A stretch of 64,000 bases of DNA from Octopus vulgaris (Eukaryota), in NCBI GenBank assembly GCA_951406725.2, contig OX597828.1:28582001-28646000 (forward strand). The letters are read 5' to 3'. The notes under the pieces were generated by a model. It ran no database searches. It saw only the letters and a program-made list of their open reading frames with translations, and had not been told where the DNA came from. Shown piece after piece: positions 24,344 to 37,352 of the stretch; positions within the stretch are counted from its first letter, which is position 1, and each line of letters begins with the position of its first letter. Made by a program: the position numbers and the translations under genes.

Positions 24344-24720
24344 GGCGCAGGAGTGGCTGTGTGGTAAGTAGCTTGCTAACCAACCTCATGGTTTCGGGTT
24401 CAGTCCCACTGCGTGGCATCTTGGGCAAGTATCTTCTGCTATAGACCCGGGCCGACCAATGCCTTGTGAGTGGATTTGGTAGACGGAAACTGAAAGAAGC
24501 CTGTCGTATATATGTATATATATATGTGTGTGTGTCTGTGTTTGTCCCCCTAGCATTGCTTGACAACCGATGCTGGTGTGTTTACGTCCCGGTCACTTAG
24601 CGGTTCTGCAAAAGAGACCGATAAAATAAGTACTGGGCTTACAAAGAATAAGCTCGACTAAAGGCGGTGTTCCAGCATGGCCGCAGTCAAATGACTGAAA
24701 CAAGTAAAAGAGTAAGAGTA
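24344..24720 (+). mobile_element. SINE family A, full length
   Basis: GGCGCAGGAGTGGCTGTGTGGTAAGTAGCTTGCTAACCAACC..GGTTCAGTCCC head, internal TA/TG linker, TAAAAGAG tail. Confidence 0.92.
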
Positions 24721-25668
24721 ACTGAAATTACTCACCGTCGAAGCCGACGAAGATCCATCATAGTGAGCAAAACAAAATCAGCTGGACTTCCGGAGACGAA
24801 CGTTACCCTGATAAACAAGTTAACGTGATGACTTTGCAAATATTTTTAGCCATAGTGAAACCATGATCGGGTAACTTCACAAGCCTGAAATGAAAAATAG
24901 CAACAACGATACTAGATATTTTCAGAATATTCCTTACTCTTTAAAACAAGAAATATTTTTATCTTGAAAATTTATTTCTTTATTTCTGTATTTATTTATT
25001 TATTTATTTATTTCGTTGTGTTGCTTTCCTCTATCTTTCACTTCTTTTCATCTGCTAAGTTATTAATTTCCTTTCAGCGTAAGATCTTTACTGAAAACCC
25101 CCATTTAACAAAAAAAAAAAGAAAAATTCCTCTTTTTTTTTTCTTCTTTTACGTTCACTGTCCTTTCATACGATCAAAAATACCAAATATGCATCGTGGA
25201 AAAAAGAATGCGTTGAGTGAGTTCCTGCTATTGTACCTGAAGGCAGTCGGTTCAAACAGAAGATAGTCGTCGCTCATTGCCATACAAGAAACGCTTTCAT
25301 ATTTGTGCCAGACGACATCTTAAGTATAAATTAACAAATGCTTTTATGTCTATTTTAATATTTTAATATGATTCTGCTTATCCATGACTTTTTTTTTTAA
25401 AAGAAACTCACTGAGTAACCACACGGTTTCAGGTTCAGTACGTTCTGCAAGTGCCTCCCTTGGTCGCCCAATGCTTTGGGAGTGAATTTCGTTGATAGAA
25501 ACTGTATGGAAGCCCGGCGCTTGTAAGAATAAAGTTTCTAAAATAGAGAATCGAGAAATTTGAAGGATTGCTTTGGTCCAATGATAGAACGCCTGTCGTT
25601 TGATGACAGATATGTGGGTTCGTGTCTCTCAAACAGCCTTCGACTTTTTCAATCTAAAAGGAGTTGTC

Positions 25669-26077
25669 GGATCTTTTCGGTTTGAACGGCAGTTTTTTTT
25701 AAATAATTTCCACGTAACTAAACATTTTTAAACTTCGTATACTGGTAGAATGTGTTTATAAAACATCTTTTTCTCTTGGCTTTATTGAGAAAATTCTATA
25801 GTTTGTAAGATATATTTTGCTTTTTTCTTCAATTTCTGCAATTTCAATGACGTCTATTGAGGTGAAAACATTCTGTGCCGTATGAATATATCCCTCGTTT
25901 AAGAAACAGATTGGGTTTATTTACATTTCTGAAGAAAAAAAGATACCCTTCCCCCACCCCTAACCTTAACCCTAAAACAGATTGAAATGCAATAGATCGA
26001 TACTAGGGTCATAATTATGGGTGACAATTTCATATGACACCGCTAGAAAAAAACTGCCGTTCTAACCGAAAAGATCC
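25669..26077 (+). mobile_element. Complete 409-bp MITE with about 30-bp TIR starting GG and 8-bp TSD (Merlin-like)
   Basis: TIR GGATCTTTTCGGTTTGAACGGCAGTTTTTT; TSD GAGTTGTC (25661)/GAGTCGTC (26078). Confidence 0.9.
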
Positions 26078-26931
26078 GAGTCGTCAACCTAATCGATAGT
26101 TAAAAGGTATTATTTTATACCTTTTTGTGTTCCTCTTAAAAAGAAATGTGTGTGAGTGTGTGTCCTTTCTCACTGCTTGATAACCTACGCTGGTTTGTTT
26201 AGATCCCGTAACTTAATAGTTCGGGAAAAAGACAACGCTAAAATAAGTTCCAAGCTTAAAAAAAAAAAAGTACTGAAGCTCATTTGTTCAACCAAAAAAA
26301 AAAAAAAATCTTTCAACGTGATATTCCAGCATGGCCGCACTCCAGTGATTGAGACAAATAAAAAATAAATGAGATTAAAGAAAAATCAAACGTCCGAATC
26401 TATTTAATTTTGATACTGGTTTCGACAACAACATGGCAGCCTTCCTTGTTTACTGCACATGCTTTCTCTCACTTTCTCCTCCTCTTTCTCTCTCTCTCTC
26501 TCACACACACAAACAAACACATTGTTGAAGTTTCCTGGGATTCTCAAAATACTCCATGTTGTGCTGTTATGAAGAATTTCTTTTTGGATCTGACCGAAAT
26601 TGTCTTGGGTCGGATTGGAGCTTTCAAGTACAAATACTATTATATTTACAGCAAAGTCAGAAATAGATCATCTCTGGTGACTGAACAAAAGAGGCCAGTT
26701 TCTTTCCGAACCAAATTCGAAATAAACTCATTTATACATATTCCAGTTTGGAACAACAACAGCAACAACAACACCCAGAATTTCTACTATCGACCCTAGT
26801 ACTTGGCTGGTACTTATTCTATCGCTCCGTTATGCCGAACCGCTAAGTTATGGAGACGTATACGCACCAGCACCGGTTGTCAAGCAGTGGTGGGAGACAA
26901 AAACACACGCACACAAACACCCCACACACAC

Positions 26932-27555
26932 ATCTATATATATAAAACTGAGAATGTGTGTCTGTCTGTCTGTGTGAATCCCTAAAACCTGAGAACTACA
27001 CAACCAATTTCATTCAAATTTTACACATGCCTTACTTAGGGTCCATGTAGTGTCATGGGCAAAGAAATTTCTAACTTCTTGCCTAGGGCGAGCCCACAGC
27101 AATATCATATCTTCTCCACTATTTCAGTATTACGTGTTAAAAGTGAAACAAAAACATCTCTATTGTAATGTCAGATACTTTCACTTTAATACTGAAACTA
27201 TTAAAGGTATCAATATATAGTATAAAGTCTCGCAAGTCACAGAATAGAATGGTATAATTACGGTACATAATATTTCTTTATATACACATTATGTTGCTAC
27301 AAATGTACGATTTGGTTCACTCATGGCAACCACGAAGAGCTTCTAAATAACCAAACAAATTGCACATAAATTAACGCTTTGTAGAGAGCACAGCATGAAA
27401 AAAAATCTAATTAGGAATAATTATCCAATACTGTAAGTATTGAAAAAGTGATCAAGTCAAAAATGCGACGAGACTTTTCAAGCTAATATCTATTATACGC
27501 ACAGACAGTTGTGTGTGTGTGTGTGTGTGTGTCTGTATACACGCACATACGTATG
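26932..27555 (+). mobile_element. Probable Helitron 5' portion
   Basis: A|TCTATATATATAAAA start followed by (GTCT)n as in the other Helitrons; 3' CTAG end not found. Confidence 0.5.
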
Positions 27556-27560
27556 TTTAA

Positions 27561-27929
27561 CTAGCAGTATCGCCCGGCGTTGCTCGGGTTTGTAAGGGAA
27601 ATAACTATAAAGCATTTTTAGAGAGTTATAGCCAAAAAATGGAAAAAAAAATGGTAAATTTTTTTTTAGTTAAAAAGGTCGAGTTGCGTCCCCTAGACAG
27701 TCTGTGGTTTGTGTTTCTGATTCTCGACCCCATGTCGAATTTATCGATTTTTTTCAGAACTGGGGGAACTTTTCAAAATTTTCGCTGCGTTAGTTTTGAA
27801 TTATGACATTGGGCTATGTGTATGTCAAGTTTCATCAGAATCGGTTGAAAGCCGTGGTCAGGGTGAGGGTACAACCTAACAGACACACAGAAACACACAC
27901 AGAAAAACTGCCGTTTATATATAGAGAGA
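27561..27929 (-). mobile_element. Non-autonomous Helitron
   Basis: 5' A|TC at 27929; 3' hairpin plus CTAG|T at 27561, identical to the 7456 and 48078 ends. Confidence 0.85.
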
Positions 27930-29021
27930 TAATTGTGGCAGACACGGGAGATAACTCCAGGTATGTTTTGGCCTCGGTAGATCGCTTAAGTGAAGCACTA
28001 AATGAAATAGTGATGGGAAGATCGCTAATTATAAGTATAATGCTGTATACAATACAGGCGTGAAGTGTTCTGGTGAATTTGGATCCTCTTTTCTGTTTTA
28101 TGAATGACGTCATTCTCGATGATATTGTTATAGGTTTATGCGTATTATCTCTCACCGTTTCACAACCGTTTTGGTTTGTTTCGTCCTCGTGAACTAGCGA
28201 ATCGGCAATCAGTGACATTTTCCCGAGTGACATTCTTTTTATTACAAGCACAGAGCCTGAAAGCATGGATAAAGGGGACAGTCGATGAAATCCATTCCAG
28301 TACTCAACTGAAACGGTTTTCATCGACTCCAAAAGGAGGAAAGGCAAAGTCGATCTCAGCGGAATTTGAACTCAGAACGCAAAGACGGACGAAATGCTGC
28401 CGAGCGTTATTATTGTCCGGTACGCTAACGATTCTGCCAGCTTGACGCTATCGCTGCAGAAGAATGTTTCGAAGAAGAAAAGGTGTTGGCAATACTAAAG
28501 ACAGTAACAATGCTAATTTCTTTCCCACAACCTCAAAATTCGTTTAGAGCAAGGCTTTTTTTCTCTATAAATACATCTTTTACACACACATACAATGTGT
28601 AGGCATGTTTGTATTGTTATAGAGAATACATTATCTGATATGATCTATTATAGGTTCTGCAAATTGTTTTGTACAATTCTTGCCAAATTTACACTACCGG
28701 ATAATATAAAGCGGATATGGACAAATAACTCTAGCAATGTATCATATAGAAGCTCTCTGAGCTATATAAAAGTCAAACGAATATAGCAAACAAGGTTACG
28801 ATTGAATCGAAGTTGAAAGGGACCTAACTAGGTCGAAATTGTATTCCTTCAGTTCTCAGTCCGTATGTTCTCGGTTTAGGGTTATAATTCCATTGTAAAG
28901 CGGACATAACGTTCTCATGATCTATAGAACGAATTCATCTGATCTATGGTGTGTTACTAAATTTTTATTATTAAATTTCCATTGTAAGTAAATGTGCTAG
29001 CGTGTATTTGTTTGGATACGG

Positions 29022-29065
<44 letters not shown>

Positions 29066-29261
29066 AAAAAAAATCCTTTTGTTTTTGCTACTGGTCCGCT
29101 GCCACGATGAGACACCATCTTGAAGGATTTAGTCGATCAAATTAAGCCCTGTACTTATTCAGTTGGTCATATTTTGCCAAAATGCTTGATAACACTGGTT
29201 GTTAACCAGTGCGAGACAAACACACACACACACACACACCACACACGCACGCACACACACA

Positions 29262-29700
29262 AGGCAATGAACACGAGAAGATAGAAGACACCACCAACAC
29301 GGGAAGGACAAGTTTTAGCAGATGTTGCTTTAGCTAATCGCTAAAGAGAAGAGAAAAAGCTTGACATTTCGGACGTCAGTCCTTCACCAGGAAAATAAAA
29401 GAAATAGAAAATATGGTAAGAATGAAAGCAAAAGGGTTAAGGACCAAATAGAAACGTAAGGTGGCGTATAGAAATGGGTGAGGAGGAGGTGTATGTGGAA
29501 TGGTATTGTATGTGAGAGGAAGGCATTGGGGGAAATATGGGAGGCGTGATGGGGAGTTAAAAAGGAAGGTAAGGAGAATGTGATGTATAGTGTAAAACAT
29601 TGGTTGAAAACTGTATAAATAGTGGGTAAAAAAATGGTAAAGTGAAATACTGGTGAAAAGTGTGGAGGTTAAGTAAGAGGGGAAATATCAGAAGCTCGTC
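29262..29700 (-). mobile_element. Probable PLE fragment with decayed hammerhead-like core
   Basis: CTGGTGA-A-GGAC tgac GTCC-GAAATGTC at 29363-29390 (minus). Confidence 0.45.
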
Positions 29701-31540
29701 GTGTGTGTGTTTGTTTATTTTTTGTTTCCCACCATCGCTTAACAACCGGTGTTGGTGTGTTTACGTCTCTGTAACTTAGAGATTCGGGAAAAGCGACCGA
29801 CAGAATAATTGCCAGGCTTTACAAAAATAAGTACTGAGGTGAATCCCCTCGACTAAAAATTATTTTTCAAGGCAGTGCCCCTGTATGGCTGCAGTCTAAT
29901 GACTGAAACACGTAAAAAATTTTTTTTAATTATAAATTTATACTTATAAACATATCTTAGAATATGTGTATGCGTTTATCTTTCAAATATTGTTTTACTC
30001 ACTATGTATCCATTTTATTTTTCAATCGCATTATTCAAAATGTGCAAAATCTTTTAATAAATTTCATCTCTGTCAACGTAGAACTTTTTCTCATAAAACT
30101 ATATCATTGGTCTCTCCTTCTGCGACTCCAACCTAATCCAGTTCTGTAACCACATTAAACGTGGTTTAGTTCATTGAACAGGACTAGTCTCCACTACATT
30201 TTCAGCTAACAGAAAATTGGTTGGAATCTAAAACGTGGAACAGAAACGCACCAATGCAACTAATAAGCAGTAAAGTTTCTTTACTTCTGTATTATTTTTG
30301 TCTTAGATGCACTTAAACCACCTTAAGATTGGTGCCGTCGGAAACAACTTTCCTGGCAAAACGTGTTCAAATTTGAGAAGAGAAAGTAAAGCTTAGATTT
30401 CACATTTAAGCCATCATATCTCTATTATTTTAGAACAGCAATTATTACAGTTAAGCTTTCTCAACGATGTGAACGAAAATAATCTAATATTGAAAACTGT
30501 CACAAGATTGATGCGGTAGAAATCAACTTGCTAAAGAAAAAGTGGTGAAATTTGAATGACCACCGGGTAACTAATCTGTAGTATAAGTAAGTAAACGAAA
30601 GAGTGAGGGTTTGTATTGGCAATTACAGATTTTATCAAAACTTTTACCGGGTTCGTATTTTCTACAATGGAGATTACGATTTTGACACCAAAATAGCTTT
30701 TCAAACACATCGTTCTCATCACAGTAAGGTATATTGCAAGGGTTATATATGTAATATACACTTATCCGTTAAAGCCGACAAGATATTAAATAAAGTGTCA
30801 AATATGTAAATTAGGAGCCCCAGATCTCCTGAAGTTGCTGGATTTGTAAAGTAAGAGAAGAAAAAGCAATCAAAATATAATAATCAATACTTATTTTACT
30901 GTAAGTATTGAAAAAGTGATCAAGTCAAAAATGCGACAAAACTTTTCAACCTAATATCTATTATACGCACAGACAATTGTCTGTGTGTGTGTCTGTGTCT
31001 GTATACACGCACATATGTATGACATATGTATGTATATTGCATAAGTATTAATGGCAATGTTTGAAAAAAATTTTCATATTGATCTTATCCAATTAATTAT
31101 GAATCAATTAATCACAATAATAGAAAGCGCTTTAATTACTTTACTTTGGTTAAGCTAAGATCAATCACTTTTTATTGTGCAGTACCATTATTTCCTATAT
31201 TTCTACTTGTACCATTATCCTCAAAATTCCAACTTTGACTGTCATCATTTCGGGTCGATGAAGTAAAGTAGCAATCAATCAGTGGCATCGATTTTAATCT
31301 ATGTCTCTCTTAACTTCGAAATTTACGGTTTTGTGCCTTTCTTTAAAAATTATTAACAGATCGATGGATTTGCTGGATCTTTAAGTGTCAAACAAAATAC
31401 CTTTTATTTAATTTGTTTAAGCTTTGTACGTTCTGAGAGTCTAGGTGGGCACGGAAAGCTTTTCTGGATTTAGTCGACAACACGATGTCTTGAAGAAGAA
31501 AAAGAGAAAAAAGAACCAAGGCCAGCAACAACAAACCTAC

Positions 31541-31762
31541 TTCTTTACTACCCACAAGGGGCTAAACACAGAGGGGACAAACAAGGACAGATAAACGGAT
31601 TAAGTCGATTACATCGACCCCAGTCCGTAACTGGTACTTATTTAATCGACCCCGTAAGGATGAAAGGCAAAGTCGACCTCGGCGGAATTTGAACTCAGAA
31701 CGTAACGGCAGACGAAATACGGCTACGCATTTCGCCCGGTGTGCTAACGTTTCTGCCAGCTC
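31541..31762 (-). mobile_element. SINE family B with about 20-bp TSD
   Basis: GCCAGCAACAACAAA(C/G)CTAC at 31521-31540 and 31763-31782. Confidence 0.9.
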
Positions 31763-32709
31763 GCCAGCAACAACAAAGCTACACTTGGTATTTCCCTACA
31801 TGTCAAGGAAATCACTCGGGATTGCTCAACCTGGTGGCAAAAGAAAGGGGAAGGGTGTATGTGTGTGCTTGCATGTGTGCGTGTGTATGCATGCGTGTGT
31901 GCATGCATGTGTATGCATGTATGTACAGGCATTCCCATATTACGTGGTCGTAACGCTAAATTAATTTTTCAATTAATTTTCATGTTATAAAATGATAATG
32001 CGTTCCGACAGATTATTTCGATAGAAAAACAAGCAACGCGACCACTTTTATACACGAAAATAATTTCTAAACAGACACAGACAATATGTATACATATAAA
32101 ACATTTCAAGAGAAATGTGTTGGGTAATAAATTAATAGGATCGTAGCAGGGTACGTTTTTACCGTCGGGTTTTACATATCGGCTGTTGTGTGAAGGATTG
32201 TGAGAGTGGAATGAGAGCCTGTCTTATGCTTAATCGCTAATAATATTTACTGGAGGGACATAGAGCTTACCAAAATTCTTTGATGTTTATAGTGCAGTGT
32301 AGAAACTGAACTCATTGGGAACTCTTCTTGTAATTTTAACAGGTTCGTACAAGTTCTGAATGGACTATTAGTCTCCAGCCGAACGCCTGCCGCGCATTGC
32401 GATACAAAGAAACCGAAGTCGAAGTCGTGTTCCAGTGGCAGTCTCGGCCCGACCAAACCGGTCCTCAAAGCCAACCCTTCTTTTGAATGTAAGGATCACG
32501 TCTGCTGAAAGCAAATTCCTATTTGAAGCTATTTACAAGGGTTTGTACGCCTTGTAAATCAGCTGCGGACGGTGAGTACAGACCGACTTGAGAGCTGCGA
32601 ACACAGATTTACCAGGGCCGACAAGAGCGCAACGGACGCAGCAGCCCCATCCTATTGGACATTACCAGGGATGAAGAATGATTCATCAGCTTCGGCAGAA
32701 TACTGGAAG

Positions 32710-33862
32710 ACTAGCCTGAACAAACTTGGAGAAGCCTGAACTTCCCAGGATGAACCTGGACGAGTCTGAATGAAGTCGGACCAAGTGGAAAGAGCCTAGA
32801 AAAACTGGAGGATCCTAGACGAAGGTAGATCGAACCTTGAACAATCTACTGGATGATGCTGAGCGACAATGGAAAAGTTTGGGTAAGCTTGAGCGAGCTT
32901 AGATGTCCCTGGATTGCCTGGACGATACGTGACTGAATGGATGGGCAAGAACGAACTTGGACTAGCCCGGATTACTCTGGACGTGGAAGAGCTTGGGTGA
33001 TCCAGGGAACTCTCTGGATGAATCTGATAAATCCAGGTCAATATGCACTGATCCAGCCAGAGTTCGGATGAACTTGGACAAAACTGGATGAAGTTGGCGG
33101 AGATTTTGACGAAATTAAACGAGCCTAGAAGATCCTGGACGTGCATAGAAGTTGGAGGAAGTTCGACGAGCCTGGACAATTGCGTACCTACCAGTCAAGA
33201 CAAGGTCGCATGATTCTGGACAAATGAGGAAGAGCCTCGAAAAGCCAATACAATGCTAGATGGGTTTGGACGACAGAGCTGAGTCGCACGGAGACGAGCT
33301 TGGCCGAGCGAGGCCGTGTTCGCACGTGCTCGACGAAACCGAAAAACGCCGGACAAGTTTGAACAACCTAGACGAACCTGGAAAAGCCTGGACGAACCTG
33401 GCTAAACCTAATCGAGGTGGACGCGTGCGGACGCGCCTGAAGGAACATGGACGAGTTCAGAGTAGCCTGACCAAGACTGAATCAAATGAGTTTGGACGAG
33501 TCTGCACGAGTACGGATGAGCCTCAACGAGCCTCGACATAACTGGAGGAATCTAGTCGAAACCGGATATTTTTGGATGTGTCTGGCGGAGTTTCGGCGTT
33601 TCGAGACGAGCATAGCCAAGTTCAGGAGAACCGGATGAATCTGGAGAAATTCGGGTGTAGACGAGCTTGAATGACCCCGGGAAAGCCTGGGCGAGGCTGG
33701 ATGTCCCTGAACGAGCCTGTAAAAACTTGATGAGAATGGATACACCTCGGCAAGGACACACCTCGATGAGTTTGGACGAGCTCGGATGAACCTGGAGGAA
33801 CCTCGACGAAACTGGACGCGTCTGAATATAACTGGACGACTGGATGAACGGTGACTAGCCTA
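32710..33862 (+). repeat. Highly diverged decamer array, consensus approximately (CCTGGACGAR)n
   Basis: 10-bp phase visible, e.g. cctcgatgag tttggacgag ctcggatgaa cctggaggaa cctcgacgaa actggacgcg (33761-33820). Confidence 0.85.
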
Positions 33863-34147
33863 GAGGGGCTCAGGCATGCGTATGTGTGTGTGTGTGCGTG
33901 CGTGTGTGTGTGTGTGTGCGTGTGTTTGCGCGTGTTTATCCTCTACCACCGCTTGACAACCGTTGTCGGTGTGTTTACGTCTCAGTAACTTAGCGGTTCG
34001 GCAAAAGAGAACGATGGAATAGGTATCAAGCTTAAAGAAAGTAAAAATATAAATACTGGGATTGATTCGTTCGACTAAAATTTTTCAATGTGGTGCCCCA
34101 GCATGGCCGCAGTCTAATGACTGAAACAAGTAAAATAAATAATAAAA

Positions 34148-34224
<77 letters not shown>

Positions 34225-34249
34225 CTATATGCATGTATATCTATTTATC

Positions 34250-34281
<32 letters not shown>

Positions 34282-34572
34282 TAATTACTACAGCATATAG
34301 ACCAAGATAAACGGTCTTTTGGAAGCTTTCTCTCTTTTCCTTTTTGCTCCATTTTTAGACGATTCAGTTAAAATTGAGTGAAAGTGACATGGATATTTGA
34401 TAGAATCTGTTAGAATTATCATAACCGTTTTACCGTTTCCAATTCCTATCAGTCGTTCAATCGATAATGCTGATTCTTATTTTCTCTCTTACACTGCACA
34501 CATTAACACCTAATACCGCTTCATTGAAGGCTATAACAAAAGCTACAGAGAAGGTCAGTTCATATATATATA

Positions 34573-34985
34573 GGCGCAGGAGTGGCTGTGTGATAAGTAG
34601 CTTGCTAACCAACCACATGGTTCCGGGTTCAGTCCCACTGCGTGGAATCTTGGGCAAGTGTCTTCTGCTATAGCCCCGGGCCGACCAATGCCTTGTGAGT
34701 GGATTTGGTAGACGGAAAGTGAAAGAAGCCTGTCGTATATGTATATATATATATATGTATGTGTGTTTGTTTGTGTGTCTGTGTTTGTCCCCCTAGCATT
34801 GCTGTGACAACCGATGCTGGTGTGTTTATGTTCTTGTTACTTAGCGGTTCGGCAAGAGAGACCAATAGAATAAGTACTGGGCTTACAAAAAAGAATAAGT
34901 CCCGGGGTCGAGTTGCTCGATTAAAGGCGGTGCTCCAGCATGGCCGCAGTCAAATGACTGAAACAAGTAAAAGAGTAAAAGAGTA
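34573..34985 (+). mobile_element. SINE family A, full length
   Basis: Matches 24344-24720. Confidence 0.92.
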
Positions 34986-34989
34986 TATA

Positions 34990-35037
<48 letters not shown>

Positions 35038-36629
35038 AGAGAGAGAGGAGTGATGGACATTGACACATTTTCTTGAATCTGGAATCTAATGCAATTCCTA
35101 TCAAATATGTTTTCTTCTGCACACATTTTCGGAGCCATTGCGTCATTACCAATATGCTTTCCTTGTCAATAATTTATTCCACCGAATTAAATTTAAAGAA
35201 ATATTTTTCCCTTACCAAAAACAAAAAAAAAAGCGAGGGTTCATTTCTAGAGGATCATTCAATCAGCTAGAAACAACAGCTACCCCCGGCTCCTCAAATC
35301 ACATCTTGATTTTTTTTAATAGTTAAGTCACGTTAGATAATGCGATTCAAGAAAGGGAGAGGGGGATGGGAGGGAGAGAAGGAGAGGAAGCAAAAGAGCA
35401 AATGAAGAAGATCTCTCCGTGAGGTGTCACTCGACTAGCTAGAAACCACCTAAATCCCCCTCAAATCACATCCTACCCCCTTAAAATGTGTAACCGCGTT
35501 GCCCGATGGTTAAAAAATGGATGGGTGTGTTTGACAACATCCCAAATTCCAGAGGCTTAGTTTTGGTAACCGTTTGTCCTTAGTCTTAAAAATCACGCAC
35601 ATACGCCCATCGTATTTAGAGTCGATGGAGCACATACTGCCTCAGATTGATTAGGATTTCTTCCAACTTCTTGGGACTTCCTCTCTTTTCCTGAAAAGCA
35701 GAGGTCACTTTCTTCTTTGTCCTTTCTCTGGTAAAAATGAACTGTCTTCCGATAGCACTCTTCCATGTTTTCCCCCCACTCCTAGAGACGGTCTTTGTTC
35801 CATGATTTCTTGTGGTTTATAACGTCAACCAATCTGCTGTTACCCTTATCATTAATACAACTAACGTTACTTTTATCATTTAAAAAAAAATGGATTTACC
35901 AAAGTTACTGTGTCAGCTTGTTCGGCTATTTTCTTCCTTTAAGTCCGGTTGTATTCTATCAGTTCCTTTTACCGAACCGCTGGTTTTGGTGACGTGAAGG
36001 AACTAGCATTGGTAGTCAAGCGGTGGCGTGGAACATGCAAACACATAAGCACATATAAAGACACACACGCAAACGTGCACATACTTATATATACGACGGA
36101 ATTCCGCACACTTTCCCCTCTACCAAAATCACTCACAAGGCTTTGATCAGTCCGGGGCTGTAGTCGAAGACACTCGTCAATGGTACCGCACAGCGGGACT
36201 GAACTGCAAGCTACGTAGTTGCAAAGTGAGCTTCTTAACCTCACGGCCATCCGCGCACCAATGAGCCTTGCCTGATGTTTACTCGCCGATTTTTCCCCCT
36301 CTTAAATCTGATTTCGTGGTTCTGTATATGTTGACAGTATTTGTGTGTAAGCCTGCTCTTCCCTACTGCTGCAGCCTCAGTGGAAGCCATGTTTACAAAC
36401 AGAAAGTTTGTTTCAAAATATAGTCTTTCCTGTCCCAACGAGGAAAGCACAAGAAAAAAAAACAAGCAAAAATATAATAAGTAAATAAAACAAGACTCTC
36501 AACTCTCTGTGTAAAGGGCACACACACACACACACACACACAGAACCAATTTAGAAAGTAATCAGATAATTTTTCAAAAACTCACGAGCTCATAAAAACA
36601 TGTCTGCCGCTGGTAACTCTAAGACATAG

Positions 36630-36693
36630 CAATAATAATAATAATAACAATAATAATAATAATAATAATAATAACAATAATAATAATAATAAC

Positions 36694-36725
<32 letters not shown>

Positions 36726-36751
36726 TAATAATAACAATAATAATAATAATG

Positions 36752-36790
<39 letters not shown>

Positions 36791-36800
36791 GTAATAATAA
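36630..36800. repeat. (AAT)n microsatellite
   Basis: Direct inspection. Confidence 0.95.
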
Positions 36801-37065
36801 CGATGATGTTGAGGATGATACAGATTTCCTTTTATTAACAGTGATTTCTTTAATAAAAATAAAAACAACAATAATAATACAACTGAACAAATGTGTCTTT
36901 CCTATCGAAACCAAGTAGAATATATTGCAATAACGTGTGGAAGAGAAAATGGTCGGTGGCACATATTATCTATGTTGCATTTTCTCACTGTCTTCTACTC
37001 TGACAGACGTGTCTGGTTGGAAGAAACACTTATTAAAGACTAAACAAACAAGTGTACTGTATCCT

Positions 37066-37066
<1 letters not shown>

Positions 37067-37140
<74 letters not shown>

Positions 37141-37352
37141 AGAAGAAGAAAAAGAAGAAGAAGAAGAAGAAGAAGAAGAAGAAGAAGAAGAAGAAGACGA
37201 AGAAGAAGAAGAAGAAGAAGAAGAAGAAGAAGAAGAAGAAGAAAAAGAAGAAGAAGAAGAAGAGGAGGAGAAGAAGAAGAAGAAGAGGAGAAAGAAGAAG
37301 AAGAAGAAGAAGAAGAAGAAGAAGAAGAAGAAGAAGAAGAAGAAGAAGGAGA
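37067..37352. repeat. (AG)n followed by (AAG)n homopurine tract
   Basis: About 285 bp almost purely purine on the + strand. Confidence 0.95.

Noticed and set aside
24344-24420. Genuine tRNA genes at SINE heads (also 7141, 23297, 58923)
   Set aside because: A/B boxes are present but cloverleaf stems are imperfect, and each head continues into a repeat body
27835-28347. 170-aa minus ORF with GPCR TM6-like stretch (KFTRTLHACIVYSIILIISDLP)
   Set aside because: It starts in a SINE and ends in a Helitron, the L-to-P spacing is 3 residues off the rhodopsin pattern, and no TM7/NPxxY appears after removing the Helitron
32710-33862. CRISPR-like or coding repeat interpretation of the decamer array
   Set aside because: No constant repeat/unique spacer alternation, eukaryotic context, period not divisible by 3 and no long open frame
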